Positions 1-12,846 are shown, counted from the whole stretch's first letter. The stretch: DNA of 62,970 bases, filler included, from Streblomastix strix (GCA_008636045.1; 4 parts of 4 records of this genome joined end to end with filler, not necessarily neighbours in it); one strand, 5' to 3'. Notes: generated by a model not told the origin, from the letters alone. Program-made: numbers and translations.

Positions 1-600
1 TTCCAAGTACTGCAACAGAACCAGCTTCTTTCCCCAGGATTCCTCTTAACTCAGGAGGAAGTAATTCCATTTCGCGTCGCTATTGTGCGTCCCCAGCGAT
101 TATTCTACATAAATGATGGTTTGTTAGCATCCACATGGTTGCTGATTTGTTATCTCCAATAGCAAGGCTGCTAATTGCTGCGAAACTCGCTTGCTCTGCA
201 GCTACAGAGAATTTGCAGATATTTACCTCATACTCAGGGTTGTTAGCTCCAGAATGATCAACTGCATTCTTTTTTTGAATTCCAGGCTAAGGGTAATATC
301 GACTCTATCTAGCAGTGCCTCACTAACTCGTTGTGTTATTCTTTCGCTAGTTTGATCGTAACCTTCCGTTTTTGTGCTATAGTACTGCTCTACAAGTTTA
401 ACAGCCGACACTAACTACTCAGCACAACGTTTCTCTTCAAAGGTCCGAGCTGTTTGGACAAGAAGGTCCTAAATAAATGGTAATGTTGAATTTTTATTTT
501 TTGCAGGAATTGCCGGCGGAATTTCTACGAGAGGCTGTTGGATTTATTCTTCATTATTCAATACTTGTTCTTAGACGTTTGGTTGAAGAGCGTTGGCCAT
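1..600 (-). mobile_element. 5' ORF (gag-like) of a probable retroelement (DIRS-like?), cut by the contig start, one frameshift
   Basis: GC-richer than flanks. With TAA/TAG=Q, ATG at 600 reads MANALQPNVQEQ...RCAEQLVSAVKLVEQYY; after a frameshift near 270 it reads ...MWMLTNHHLCRIIAGDAQQRREMELL. No RT present, so the DIRS call is inference. Confidence 0.4.
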
Positions 601-1292
601 TGAATTCGAGTTGTATATTGATTTCGTTCGATCCGGCCCATTTCACGGATACGTGTATTCCATTATATAAAATGGAGCCTTATTAGAAAGCGACTGGGTT
701 ATATGAAACCCAGTAATTGGGTTTTATATTCATATAGTCCAACTTCCAGTTATTCTTTCAATAATAACGCATTCTCCAATAATTCAAATTGAATGCTTTA
801 AAGAATTGGGAATTATATATATAATATGTATTTCTAATTCTTAATAAAAACTATGTTTAAACGTATTTGTGAAATGAGAATAAATATAAACATAAAGAAA
901 CATTAATAGAATGAAAAATTAAAAGTGAAATGATTAAGAAATATCAAGGTAAATTGACAAAAATGAAAAACTAAAGCGAGTTGATGCAAAAAAAAATCAA
1001 TATAAAATCGTTCAAAAAAATTGTATAACCAAAAAGTGCACCCAAGCATTCACACCCCAATATCCAACAATTTGAAATCTATTTAGCTCCATTAATCAGA
1101 CTAATATATAGAGCGACTTTATCTCTAATATCTTTATTAATTTCACTTCTTAATTATAACTCTTATAATTTCTATAATCCTTATAATTTTGTGTTTGTAT
1201 GTAATATTAACCATAAATGATTGAAATTGTATGTTGATAAGCTACGAAATGGTAATTACGAGTGATTAATTGAATTATTTTTGGATTATAAA

Positions 1293-2366
1293 ATGAATGA
1301 TTAAATAACTTCTGAATTATCATTTATTACTGACGATGATTTGAAAAATTAGTAGGAAGAATTTAAAAGGTTATAGAAAATACAAGAAGAACAACAAAAT
1401 TAGACAAAATAAAAAAATATTCTTTTATAAATTATAGACAACGAAATTATTAAATATTTCAATTATTTAAGTCAATTTTTTAAGAATTCAATTGATTGTG
1501 TAAATCTACGCACTAGTAAAATGATTTTATAAATATAAATACTAATCAAACAATTGACGGAAACAAAACATTTTTATAGACTATTATTGCTGAAGAATTC
1601 GTTAAAACTAATGGTACAAATAAATAGATTCTTTTAGTAAATGGCGCTACAGCTGATGTGTATGATTTTTTACCAAAAGAAAATCCATACGCTTTCAATG
1701 ATTTTACCCTATACCCATCACCATTATTAATTGATACAAAAGACGCAGGGCTAAAAATAAATAGGAATGGGAGGGTAGCAAGTAATATTTATTTGGGAGC
1801 TCAAATTTATAAGCTAGTTGGTGGAGTATCAACGTTAGAATATTGCTTGGTAATTTCTTCATAATTTGACGGTACAGGAACATGGTTGCGTGATGCATCT
1901 TTCCAGATATAAAAAGATGATGATTATAAAAACATAAATAAAGGGATATATAGATCGGGATTGTACGACATTAAAATTTAACGGTAAATCAGTTGGTACA
2001 ACAACTGCGAAATCAGGAATTTTTCATGCAAGTGATTATGTCGTCGAGTTAAATCAAGGTTCTTTAGTTTTGCATAGTAGTGGCATTGTATATATTAGTG
2101 CGTATCTTCATTGGACTTCGCAAGGCGGTACGACTAGCATATCCGTCATAGTTGGACACGATGAAGAAGAATTTATGCCCCATTTTTCTGACCGCGTAAC
2201 CATGTAGCATTTAACGGTACGATCTTAATAAATGACCTAATATCTCGATTGCATAATCAATTAATGGGGTGCGGTCATCATAAATTCCAATTCTCTTTCA
2301 ATTTTGCCATCACCACTAAATTTTGAAATTAATGGTACATATTTTATTAATTTATATTGTAATTGA
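1293..2366 (+). pseudogene. Fibre/spike-like protein 1 (frameshifted near 1520 and 1975)
   Basis: Coiled N-terminus, then NTNQTIDGNKTF...FVKTNGTNKQILLVNG (phage-fibre-like motif), DAGLKINRNG module, beta-rich C-terminus ending NFEINGTYFINLYCN-TGA. Confidence 0.6.
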
Positions 2367-2385
2367 AAATTTTAAAAATAAAAAA

Positions 2386-2724
2386 ATGGAAGGATTTAAT
2401 GAAACAGTAATATATTCCCTTGAATAATTAAACATAAATTAGCATGATATCTTTAAGGCTATTTGGGAGGCGGCAATCAAATATGCTTGCGAATCGAAAA
2501 TTTGCCGGTGAAAAATTTAATTTTGTTTTTATATAAATGATTTGGGAAATAATAACTAGTATATCATTAATGGTTATCGCTTGTAATAATTTGCTTGGTT
2601 GTATATTAGTGATAGCATAAATAAAAATGGATAGCGAGGAAATTAGCGAAGAGATTAGGAATTCAATATATGGATGAGTCAGGGCTGCAAAGCAGGCCGC
2701 AAGAAATAATAAACAAAAATAATG
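2386..2724 (+). pseudogene. Small hypothetical ORF(s) of the Polinton-like element, disrupted
   Basis: AAAAAATG start, MEGFNETVIYSLEQLNINQHDIFKAIWEAAIKYAC; frameshift and TGA downstream. Confidence 0.35.
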
Positions 2725-2765
2725 AAAACCCAATTATTGCAATTATTTTTACCCATTAATCATTG

Positions 2766-2785
2766 CGGACCCCTTACGGCGTCCG
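2766..2785 (-). terminator. GC-rich hairpin (GTAA tetraloop on - strand) just after the candidate MCP stop
   Basis: - strand CGGACGCC-GTAA-GGGGTCCG begins 3 nt after the TGA at 2789. Terminator role is inferred. Confidence 0.35.
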
Positions 2786-2788
2786 TGC

Positions 2789-4797
2789 TCAACCGCTTCT
2801 AATCGATGAACTGCCTATTTCTCCTATAACATCCATGCTTAGTAATTATGGGTCTGGGTTATCATCAAAGGTAATGCGAATAAATGCATCACACAAATAG
2901 TGCATGATAGGCGTCAGTGCTACCTGATGTGGATCTTGGTAGCTTCGCATAGCAATAAATTGCTTAAAATCATTCTAATTCTGTGATGGATTTAATTAGG
3001 TGGTATCTATAATTCCTTTAGTCTAATTCCCGTTTAAAATCACTTATATAATAGTTCTGCCACCAATTTTTGAAGAGTTATGACCTCACATAAATGAGTC
3101 ATCAGTTGCCATTTTCCCTGCCAGCATAAACTTATTTGGGTATAATGTTTTTGTGAATTTACTTCCACTGAATAATGTTGTCCTATAAAATATATTAAAA
3201 TTAGCTGCTACATTACCTCCAGCGTCAATATGCCCATAAAAATTACCATTATCATCAACATTTACATTTTCAAAAGTAAGTGAATGGTATAGGTCTGATG
3301 GAGCACTTACAACATCTTAATCGACAAAACAATCAAACATTTAGCTTTTAATTGTTTGGGTTAAAGCTTTATACAGTTATGGTATTAAATTCTTTTAATC
3401 AACAACTAAATTAAAGTTATAAAATAGTACAGGGAAAAACCAAGTTGGATATTGTGGCATTGCAAACGTCATAAATAATGCCTTTATATTAGCAAATGAC
3501 ATTATACTTTACATATTACCAGATACGGATTAAAAACCGCTAAAAGGGAAATTTGAAAACTAAGATCTTATAATTTGTGTAGGGAAATTTATTATTCTTT
3601 AGGCTTTTATCATCTCAATAATTGCCTCTTCATGTTCTGTATTAATACAAACATTTTATATTTCTAACTCTTCAAATTTAGCATCTGATATTGACTAATG
3701 GAATTTTATGGTAGTTTTGCGTCATCATCAACATTTTACATATTAACTTGCCTAACAGTATATTATTCATATATTATTGGAGACACTTATGTATCTGCTT
3801 AGCTCATTAAATAAACAATGTCTGGCTTCTCTGGTGGAATCATTGCATATGCCAGATGACGGTTTTAATAAACATCTGATTTGTTAAGCCACACAATTTT
3901 TAAATCTTAAAGGAAATCCTACACACACAGCTATAAGTATTATGATGCATAGTTTCTTGTCAGTACTGGGAATGAATTAAAAATTGGGTTTAATTAGTTC
4001 AAATCTAATACACCGCTAAATGTTATATCATATGGTATTCTATAAAAAAATTCGGTATCAGTTGCTACTCTATCGATTTCACTAAGTGGAATATCCAAGA
4101 AAATACCACAATGACGTTTGCTAGCAATGATGGACTCGAGTGGTGAGACGATGACGGAATTATTAGTGCATAAATCTGTTAATGAATTTGAACAAATAAC
4201 TGCTTACTCTCTCGCATATATTGCTGTATTCCGTAAGTTTTAAGCATCTCCTAATATAGCGAACTAACTAAAGGATCCGCATGCAGTGGAGAAACCAAGA
4301 CAAAACTTCAGGTGTTCACTTTTTTCTGCGGCTAATATATTATCATTAACATCTGGGTTCTCTACAGTAGACTTTTTATCATAATACTTTTAACCGGCTT
4401 ATGTCATATTATGGGGAGCTGTTGCGAGGTCACCAATTGCATTAAAATTAACCCTTGCTTATATGTGTTCAAGAGTATCACCTTAAATTTCATACCTATT
4501 TAATTATATGGCTAATATATTTGCTGGGATTGTTATAGTCCAATTAAATTAGCATGTTTATACCATTGAACAAGTTACTGTTCCACTAGCAGCCAACGGG
4601 GCACGTGAATATCTAACATCTGATGATGTAAGCTAATTTACTGGCTAGTCAAAAAATTATTACTTAGAAATTGCGAAGGATTAGGCATGAATTGATAGTG
4701 TTTTTAACACCTCACCAAGTTGCATGTATCCACTAAAATAATCAGAGTGTTGCATTTTGGATAGTCTTTAAAGGTAGTCAGATGCAGAGAACGACAT
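2789..4797 (-). pseudogene. Putative double-jelly-roll major capsid protein (~670 aa, frameshifted)
   Basis: MSFSASDYLQRLSKM...FCLGFSTACGSFSQFAI...AIYAREQAVICSNSL...FSGVLDLNQLNPIFNSFPVLTRN...HYLCDAFIRITFDDNPDPQLLSMDVIGEIGSSSIRSG-TGA. Beta-rich, MCP-sized, in a pPolB element. Fold not computed. Confidence 0.6.
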
Positions 4798-4821
4798 TTT
4801 AATATTTTTAAAAATAAATAA

Positions 4822-5028
4822 ATGAGATTTTTCAGTGATATAGCAAATATTGGAAGTAAAATTTTGGGAGGTATTAAACATGCTGCTTAGTGGGTAGCAC
4901 CAACACTTCATAAGGTACTATCAACGATGTCAGGCCCTGTAGGAATGATACATCCAGGAATTGGTGGAGCACTAGGTGCTGGAGATAACCATGCAGGAGC
5001 AGTGGATCGACTCGTAAATAAGCGTTGA
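4822..5028 (+). CDS. 68-aa Gly-rich amphipathic peptide, divergent from MCP (putative membrane-active virion protein)
   Basis: Intact: MRFFSDIANIGSKILGGIKHAAQWVAPTLHKVLSTMSGPVGMIHPGIGGALGAGDNHAGAVDRLVNKR-TGA; TAAATAAATG start context. Confidence 0.7.
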
Positions 5029-5032
5029 AACA

Positions 5033-5099
5033 GGGCTCCGAAGGAGACCGCCATAATTAGTCTTAAACATTAATTCCCTTGGGAATATCCGCATGCGGA
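5033..5099. other. Cluster of intergenic palindromes/hairpins
   Basis: CTCC-GAA-GGAG, ATTCCC-TT-GGGAAT and the perfect palindrome TCCGCATGCGGA between the peptide stop and the fibre start. Confidence 0.6.
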
Positions 5100-5159
5100 C
5101 TGGTTGCGGTTCGTTCCTCACCTTTAATATTTTGCATTCCTTATTTTATTTTTATTAAA

Positions 5160-7197
5160 ATGATTACCTAAAATAATCCGTTAACTCAGCAACAAATCCG
5201 AACAACTCGTTAGCTCATCACTAATGATATAGCGTAATATATTCAGGTTTAAAAAAGTGGAAGCTCTAGCGGGGGAATGTTGCAAAATGATGAATACTAA
5301 CTGTTTATAGATAATGATAATGCACTAGTATATGCAGCTAATAATTAAATAGTTGATGGTTATGCAGCTGATTATGCACTCAAAATAGCACCAAATGGAC
5401 TTCTGACAATAAAGAATTTAAAGGTAATAAACTTTGATTTTGTTGCATAAATTAGCCAGTTAATTAATGAAATAAATTAGTTATAGTCGTCAATTGGAGG
5501 GGTAGAGTAAGATATTAATGGATTAAAAAGTGTTATATAAACTATTTACTAAGAACTAGCGAGATAAATACATTTCCGAAGCTATTATTTTTTAAATAGT
5601 GTTATATAAAATTTGCCTAATTCCGCAAATGGTGATTTTGCATTTAGTGCAGAAAGTGGAACAGTATGGATGTATGAAACTGATTGGTATAATAGTGATG
5701 ATGTGATCCCTGATTAGATAACCCCTGCGAGTGATGCAATATTATCAAACTCTAATGGAAATGGTAGTGCAGGAACTAGTAATGAATATGCAAGAGGAGA
5801 CTATTAATATCCTTTGTAAGTTTCAACTGTTTTACCCGCAAAAGATACTGCAAATGGTGAGGCAGGAGTTGCTACCACTTATGCCAGGTCTGACCATACA
5901 CATCATGCAAATCTAAGTAATGACGTACCACGAAAAGATACGGGAAGTGGAACAGCAGGCACGGCTAATATATATGCTAGTGCAATACATTAACATCCAT
6001 TAAATGTTGATCCAACTACTGCAAATGTTCCGTTAGTAAATGCTACTGCTGCGGCTAATGGTACGAGTGATTTTTATAGTAGAAATGACCATGTCCATCC
6101 ATAGTAATTAATATATGATGGAAACATTACAGCTACAAAATTTATTAAGACTGGCGGTACATCAATTGATGTATTGCTAGCTGATGGATCGACTAAATAA
6201 ACTTCAATAGCAGGCAAATCATTTACAGTAATAGACCCGGAATAATATGTAAAATTATGCTCTATTTTAGCTGTAAATTCCAATACCGATAATTCGATTA
6301 AATTTGAAATAAGCAGGGGGACAGGATTTGGACAGATATAATTTAATTAACATTGGACCAATGGTCAAGTTATTAGTGAATTTTAATATTTATTTATCCC
6401 TACATTAGCCACAGGTATAAATAAAGCATGAGTATTATATTTTATTGATGGGGTTGATAGATATGGAGAATTATGGTGTAAAATGGATTATTATTCTTAT
6501 AATACATTTATATATGTGCCAGAAGTGAGCGCTTTTAGGGAAACATCACGGATATTTTAACCACTGGGGGATAAACGGAATTACCCGATGATTATAGCGT
6601 CATATAATAATTATTCCCTAATTAATATAGTTATACCGTATAAATTAATCCGTTAGTCAATGAAATATTTAACGAAGGGATAAGAATAAGCAGAAACCCT
6701 ACGAATTTATGGAGCAATATATAATTTGGGGCTGATCCTAATTCTATTACAGGGTATATAGATATTTAAAGGTTAGTCGGAACTATAGGAAATAATGCCG
6801 TAAATTCGTTAGGTTTTACAATTGTATTAGCGGGTAAAGAGGGATAAAATAAAGGATTATAAATAAATGAATATGGCAACGTATTAAATTTCTATGGTAA
6901 AATGAATTCAGGAAATATATAAATTAACCCTTCAGCTACTTAATACGATGACGGCTTAAGAATATCAAGAACAATAGAAAACACAGGAGGATCTTCAATT
7001 TTCTTAGGATGTAGTCGAACATCTATCATTGGAACTATTGATAATTTATGGTAAATATTTACTCCACCAAGTGGCTATTCGATTAACCCATTAGAATTAA
7101 ATATATCATTGTCGGCTGATTCAGGTGATGCAGCCAGAGGTTTATATATATAAGTGCAGATGGAAATACTTTAACATTTAATGGTAGAACATTATGA
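5160..7197 (+). pseudogene. Fibre-like protein 2 with phage-tail-fibre H-x-H repeats (~675 aa; in-frame TGA near 6429, frameshifts near 6545 and 7150)
   Basis: Coiled-coil, four GxAGT..YAR.DH.HP-type repeats (5750-6105), KFIKTGGTSIDVLLADGS, then two copies of a QINP..(N/D)(E/D)G(I/L)RISR...GLQI..GN.L.F.G module. Confidence 0.7.
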
Positions 7198-7222
7198 AAA
7201 GGATATATTTATTTTTAAATAA

Positions 7223-7678
7223 ATGGCCACATGCAAAGACCCTATAAAATAATTGTTTAATGAAGTAATTAAGTAAAATTTTGAAAGTGATGATTCAATA
7301 AATGCAACAATTGACGCATTACAAAAATTGTTAATAAAAGATAAAGAAATAATGCAGCACCTATTACTCTAAGAATTTACAAGAATAAATAAGTAGTTCA
7401 TGAATTAGTAAAACAAATTACAACAAATAAAGCAATATGTTGATGCAGAAGATTATAAAAATAAACTGTTCAATGAGTAAGAAAAATATAACAAAAATAA
7501 ATATAATTGTATTAAAAAACAACTGGATTAAAATAATTAGCCATAAAAAATAAAGAAATACATTATAACTAAAGCTAATGAACAGAAAAAATAAATATAT
7601 AATAACTTTGTCAATGATACATAAAATAGTGGTTTGGTCAATTATTATTAGATGAATTTAACCGCATCAATAAATTGA
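7223..7678 (+). CDS. Hypothetical coiled-coil protein (151 aa) of the Polinton-like element
   Basis: Open with TAA/TAG=Q from TAAATAAATG: MATCKDPIKQLFNEVIKQ...MNLTASIN-TGA. Confidence 0.6.
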
Positions 7679-8232
7679 GGTATTAAATATATTCTATTAT
7701 TTACACGGTTTTATCCTACAAAGATTCGAGAAATGAATAATGACTTTTAAATTAATAGTAGATTTATTTTTCTTGTTCATTCATTTCATTATTTTCAATT
7801 AATGCTTCAAATATTTTGAAAATTTCATAGTCCGTAGCATTATATTATAGGCCAATGTTTGTGGCTAATGAATTACATATTTTATGGAGTTAATTTTATT
7901 ATATCTATTTTGTCTGTATCTATTCCTGAGCAGTTAACCAATACAGTTAATTTAATTAAAAAATTATGGGGTTATTTTGATATAGTGTTGGTACAACTAA
8001 ATATAACGGTTTATGTTATATAATTTTTTTATAAAAGAAAAATGGAGCACTAGCTCGGAGACAAACAGCAGCCTAAAATTCATTGGAGCGAATTATCCGT
8101 ATAATAAATTGAACAATTTTTGAATGATCCCATTATTAGTAAAGACTTGGAACTCGCAACCCATTGGAGATATATTTTATACCTAAAACTATTAAATTTG
8201 TCATAAAAATAAATCGTTTAATTTTTATTTTT

Positions 8233-11200
8233 TCATTATACCATATAATCACTTGCTTTCAAACCATAAATGTAAGGGCAACAGCTTTAATCACTTAGTA
8301 CCACCATTTTTGTATGTATTCCTGTTATACCACTTTTCTCTGTAGCTATTTTGCTCATTTGATAATTCGTTTAACCTAACCGCATATTCGTACATTTTGT
8401 AATCGTTCCATTGGTTATGTTATCCATTATTTAGTCTTTAGTAATTTTATTAGTTGATTGATTAACACCTTTTAATTTTATTTTTTCCTTATCATTTACC
8501 TTCATATAATAGGTTTTTGGAGCTAATGCTATTATTTCTGGATCTTTTCGTTCTACAGCTAGCCATAAAATTTTCTTTTCATCCAACAAATCACCTTCAA
8601 CCGTCGGGAAAAAATACTTGGCATTTTCATCATAAATCAATTAATTTTTTATAACATGTTTAAACTATTGTTTATAATCATCATTTTCATCACCGCTGAC
8701 CGCCCAATATGCTGAATCAGTATCTCCTTCTATAAAATGTTACTTATCCATGTCAAAACACTTATACATGAAATTGTAAATGAAATTTAGGTACCAATAC
8801 TTTGCGTTATCTAATACAAAATATGCAACTTATAAAGGAGTTTTACATGCACAAGTTTCTGGATTCATTTATACAGCATAAACATCCTCACCAAGTTTCT
8901 AATCATCCATAAAAGTATTCGATAAATGGGCTTAAAGAGTTTGTTTTTCACTCATTATTTTTTTTGTTGTAAATTTCTCAGGGTTTAGACCATCACTTCC
9001 ATACGAGCTATTCATATTGATTTTATAAAATTGTTCTAAACCTTTTTACCCTTCAATTTTTGCCTAAATTCGTTGGCTTGTAAATTCTTTCACAAATCCA
9101 TTGAATTTGTCATGCTTATCAAACAAAACCAACTGTTTAACATCATCAATTATAAAATGGCAGTCATAAATTAAAAACCATAAATAATAACTTGAAGATG
9201 ACATGTAGCCATCCATAGTAGATAACAAATTGGTCAGTTTCCGCTACTTTAAATCTGTTTTAATTTCTCTATTTTTCATATGCTCGTACATGTATTTACT
9301 TATTGTTTCTTCATTAGTCATAAACTCATAGTTACTTAAAATTGGTGAGAAATTGATGTAATCGTTGAAATAATTTTCATCAATATGTCCCTTTATTTCT
9401 GCTATAAATAATTGTCCCCATTTATTAAATCTATATTTGTTAATAATTATATTAAGTATTTTTTGTTTATTTTCATCGCAATTATTCAATATTTTACCAA
9501 CAACAGACCCAGGCATATACATTTTACCACCGGTATATTTAATAAATTTGTGAGGTTTTGATGATATAACACTGGGATATAAAGAATTGAAATCTATTCC
9601 TATTATATGTGTTATTCTATAGTTAGATGTTAAAACTGTTAATATTTTCGTATCTGTGTTATACCAAAATTTCTTTATAAAATCTTACCCTGCAATATTA
9701 ACCCTACGCATCTCGTTAGACAAGCCACCAGTTATGCCTTACCTGATTAGTTTATAAATATCAATGTCTGTTAAATTAGTTGGTAAGTGGTTGAAGCTGC
9801 AAAGTCTCCTTAGTTACATGAATAGTTTTTGAATGTATTTGTCTTTATTCGAGCAAAAGGTATTACAATACAAACAACATGGTTGTACGTTGTCTTTTGA
9901 ATGACCCTTTTTATTATCGATTCTATCGAGCGTTAGCTTATTGTTTAGTGTGAATTTGTCGCCACAAATCGCACATTTACTATCTTGAAATAGTTGTTTG
10001 AAATAGTCGAAATCTGACTCTTGAACGTTATTGGTAGTATCTCTTTTTTGATGCAAATCCTACATTTTATAATAATACGCTTTACTATTCGAATATCTTT
10101 ATTATAAAATAAATTTTGGTAATTTATCAACTAATTTTGGATAATAACCATTTACATTAAATTCTTTATAAGCATGAGCATATTTATTTGCATTTGCACA
10201 CGCAGCCATTGACATAAAACTAAGCATATCGATATCAAACTTTATATACGTTTATACCAAAGCATCAATCGGTTCTATCATTATTTTAGTATCTTGTTCG
10301 TTATAATATTAAAGATATTCCCATCTGTTTTTGAATAGCCTTGCATCTTACACATATAAGTCATATTCTTCTTATTTAATTGATGTATATTTCAGTGTTG
10401 AATTGAATGATTCTATTGGAAATGGTTCTTATTAGTTTAAAATTTCTTTTTAATTATCAGTGTTTATAAATTCATAAGGAAATTCGCCTTTTTATCAGTC
10501 AATTTCAGAATAAAAAGTTTGTGCAAATTCTTTTAAAGTAATTGGTACGTTATAAGTCAGCACATGAATAAATTTAAGCTTGACGCCTAAGTGCTTATGT
10601 TAAACAACTATTTGCTTAACTATCCATGAACTACCAATATAACTCTTTATTTCCCAGTCAGCACATTATAAATTCCTGAATATTAGCGAAAAATCAAACT
10701 TTGAACTATTGAATCCTATTACTGGTACCTCTACATTATATTGGATGTTTTTGTCAATACATCCTGCTGGAGTATAATATTGATTATCTTACTATATGAT
10801 GACTGCCTCATTGAACACCTGCTTTAACCATTGCGTTATAAAATCATCTCCATTTCGCAAGTCAGAATATATTGTGTGAATACATTGTTTATTTTTAATA
10901 GTAGAAGCAACAGATAAAGGCACTATTTCGGATATCTATTTGCTTGATTTTCCAAATTATTTATTAACAATTTTTTCTACTGTTTCCAAGTCATATGTTA
11001 TATAGTATTATGTGGGCTTAAACTCTTTTTATCTTTCATATGCCAAAAGGTATTATTATGTTTTGTTTTATGTGATATGTGGGCAAAACGGTTTTTATAT
11101 CTAATCCAATTAAATAGTCTTGACCAGTTTACCACTATTTTATTTACATTTTTTAGTATGTTTTTCATAGTCTCATAGGAAGTGTGGGCTTTTAGTATCA

Positions 11201-12792
11201 AACCCTTTTGACTTGCAAAATGGACATTTTTTTAATCCAGTTAGTGCTTCCTTATTAGCTATGGCAAATGCGTGTTGCGCTAATTTTCCGCCGATTTCCT
11301 CCTGCACAATTAGTATATTAAAAGTTGGAATATCATTTTATTGTTCATTCGTTTCATTGCCTTCGTCCTGTTCCTCTTCAATATATTTAATTATATCACC
11401 AAAATAATAAACTTTATGCTTATCTTCATTAAAGTATATATTCTAATTAATCATAAACTTTTGTGTTATAATTTAGGAGTATTTCATAAAGTCTAAACCT
11501 TCAAATGTTTTTAAAAATTCAGTCATTTATCTATTTTTGCATCGAATGGTAGGTCTAATACCTTAACAAGATACTAATGGATAATAGTTATAATTGAATT
11601 TGATTCAATCCGTTTATTAATGCTATCATGATTTAATGCTCTGGCTAATGCTTCCATATAGCACATATTATTTTCTCCATCATTTTTATATAAAATTTTC
11701 TTGTGTCCAAACCAGTGTTTTTAAATCGATTCTTACATATTTGACCCTACAACTACCTTTTACAATTTAAATATTTTAATCATCATCGAATAAATTGCTA
11801 TATGACGTTCTTTTGTACTATCCAGATTATAATTTTACATGTCAAGAATCTCAGCCTTTATATATTGTTTGTATTCCTCTATATCTTCTTGTGTTTATAT
11901 ATTCATTGGTGCATGTGTTTAGGTTCTTGCTTCTCGTGGCAACAAATATTTATAATTAACAACTTCCTAACCATTTTTATCATGATCTAACTCTTCCACT
12001 ATAATACCAAAATTGAATAGTATTTTAAATGCTCTAAGGTCTTATTTGTTATATATTATATCGACAAATTCTTCTATTTTATCCCAAGAATCTATGTAAT
12101 TTTCATAATAAATTGGACTTATGCCATCGTCAGAGACAATTTCTTTTTCATGTTAAAACCCTTACCTTGCACGTCTAACCTATTAGTCAAATTTTTCATT
12201 ATCAATTGGTGAAAATAATAACAATGTTTCTGTCTCATTTTCAATTTGATTAATTTAATACCCTTCATATTTTTATATTTTATTGTATATTTCTTTGTTC
12301 TATTATTAGCTTGTAAAATATAATGGAAGAATAAAATGCTCTTATATTTCTTTAAAATTTTCTTGTTTTATAAATTTCTTTGACTCTTATAATAGCATCA
12401 AATCATGTTCTTCATTCATTATTCGCTTTGCTTCTTCGGCTTATTATCTTTGGTAATCAGTCCAAAATACATCTGCTTCTTATTGTTCTCTTTCTCTTCT
12501 ATATTCTTATAAATCTTATTCATATCATTCATTTCTATCAACCGTTTTTTTAATTTAATAACGTTATAATCTAGCTTATTAAAGTCGATATTCATATGCG
12601 TTTCTGCGGGCTACATGTTCTTATATAAATGAGCTTATTTTATTATAATTATTTTTTCCTTAATCATAATGTCCAAAAGATAAATAACCTTATAATTTTT
12701 ATCTTAATTGTGGAACCTTTAGTTTTTCATCGAAATTATGCTAATAAATTTACATTAATCATATAAGTTATTATTTACGGAGGGGGGGCCAT
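8233..12792 (-). pseudogene. polB: Protein-primed family B DNA polymerase (pPolB) with long N-terminal region and internal HNH domain; disrupted
   Basis: Exo I ITYDLET, Exo II IGFNSSKFD, Exo III YNEQD, Pol A IDFNSLYPSV, Pol B YKINMNSSYG, Pol C EGDTDS; HNH CAICG...TLDRIDNKKGHSKDNVQPCCLYCN. Confidence 0.92.
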
Positions 12793-12846
12793 TTATTTAA
12801 AATTAAAATGTGTAAAAATAATTTTGGAAAGAGAAAAAAATATGAG

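Noticed and set aside
2428..2733. 101-aa membrane-like ORF and similar short track ORFs
   Set aside because: Standard-code artefacts, antisense or off-frame to Q-code genes.
1500..12792. Frameshifts in element genes as programmed frameshifting
   Set aside because: Scattered, often in homopolymer runs and accompanied by nonsense changes; decay or sequencing error explains them.
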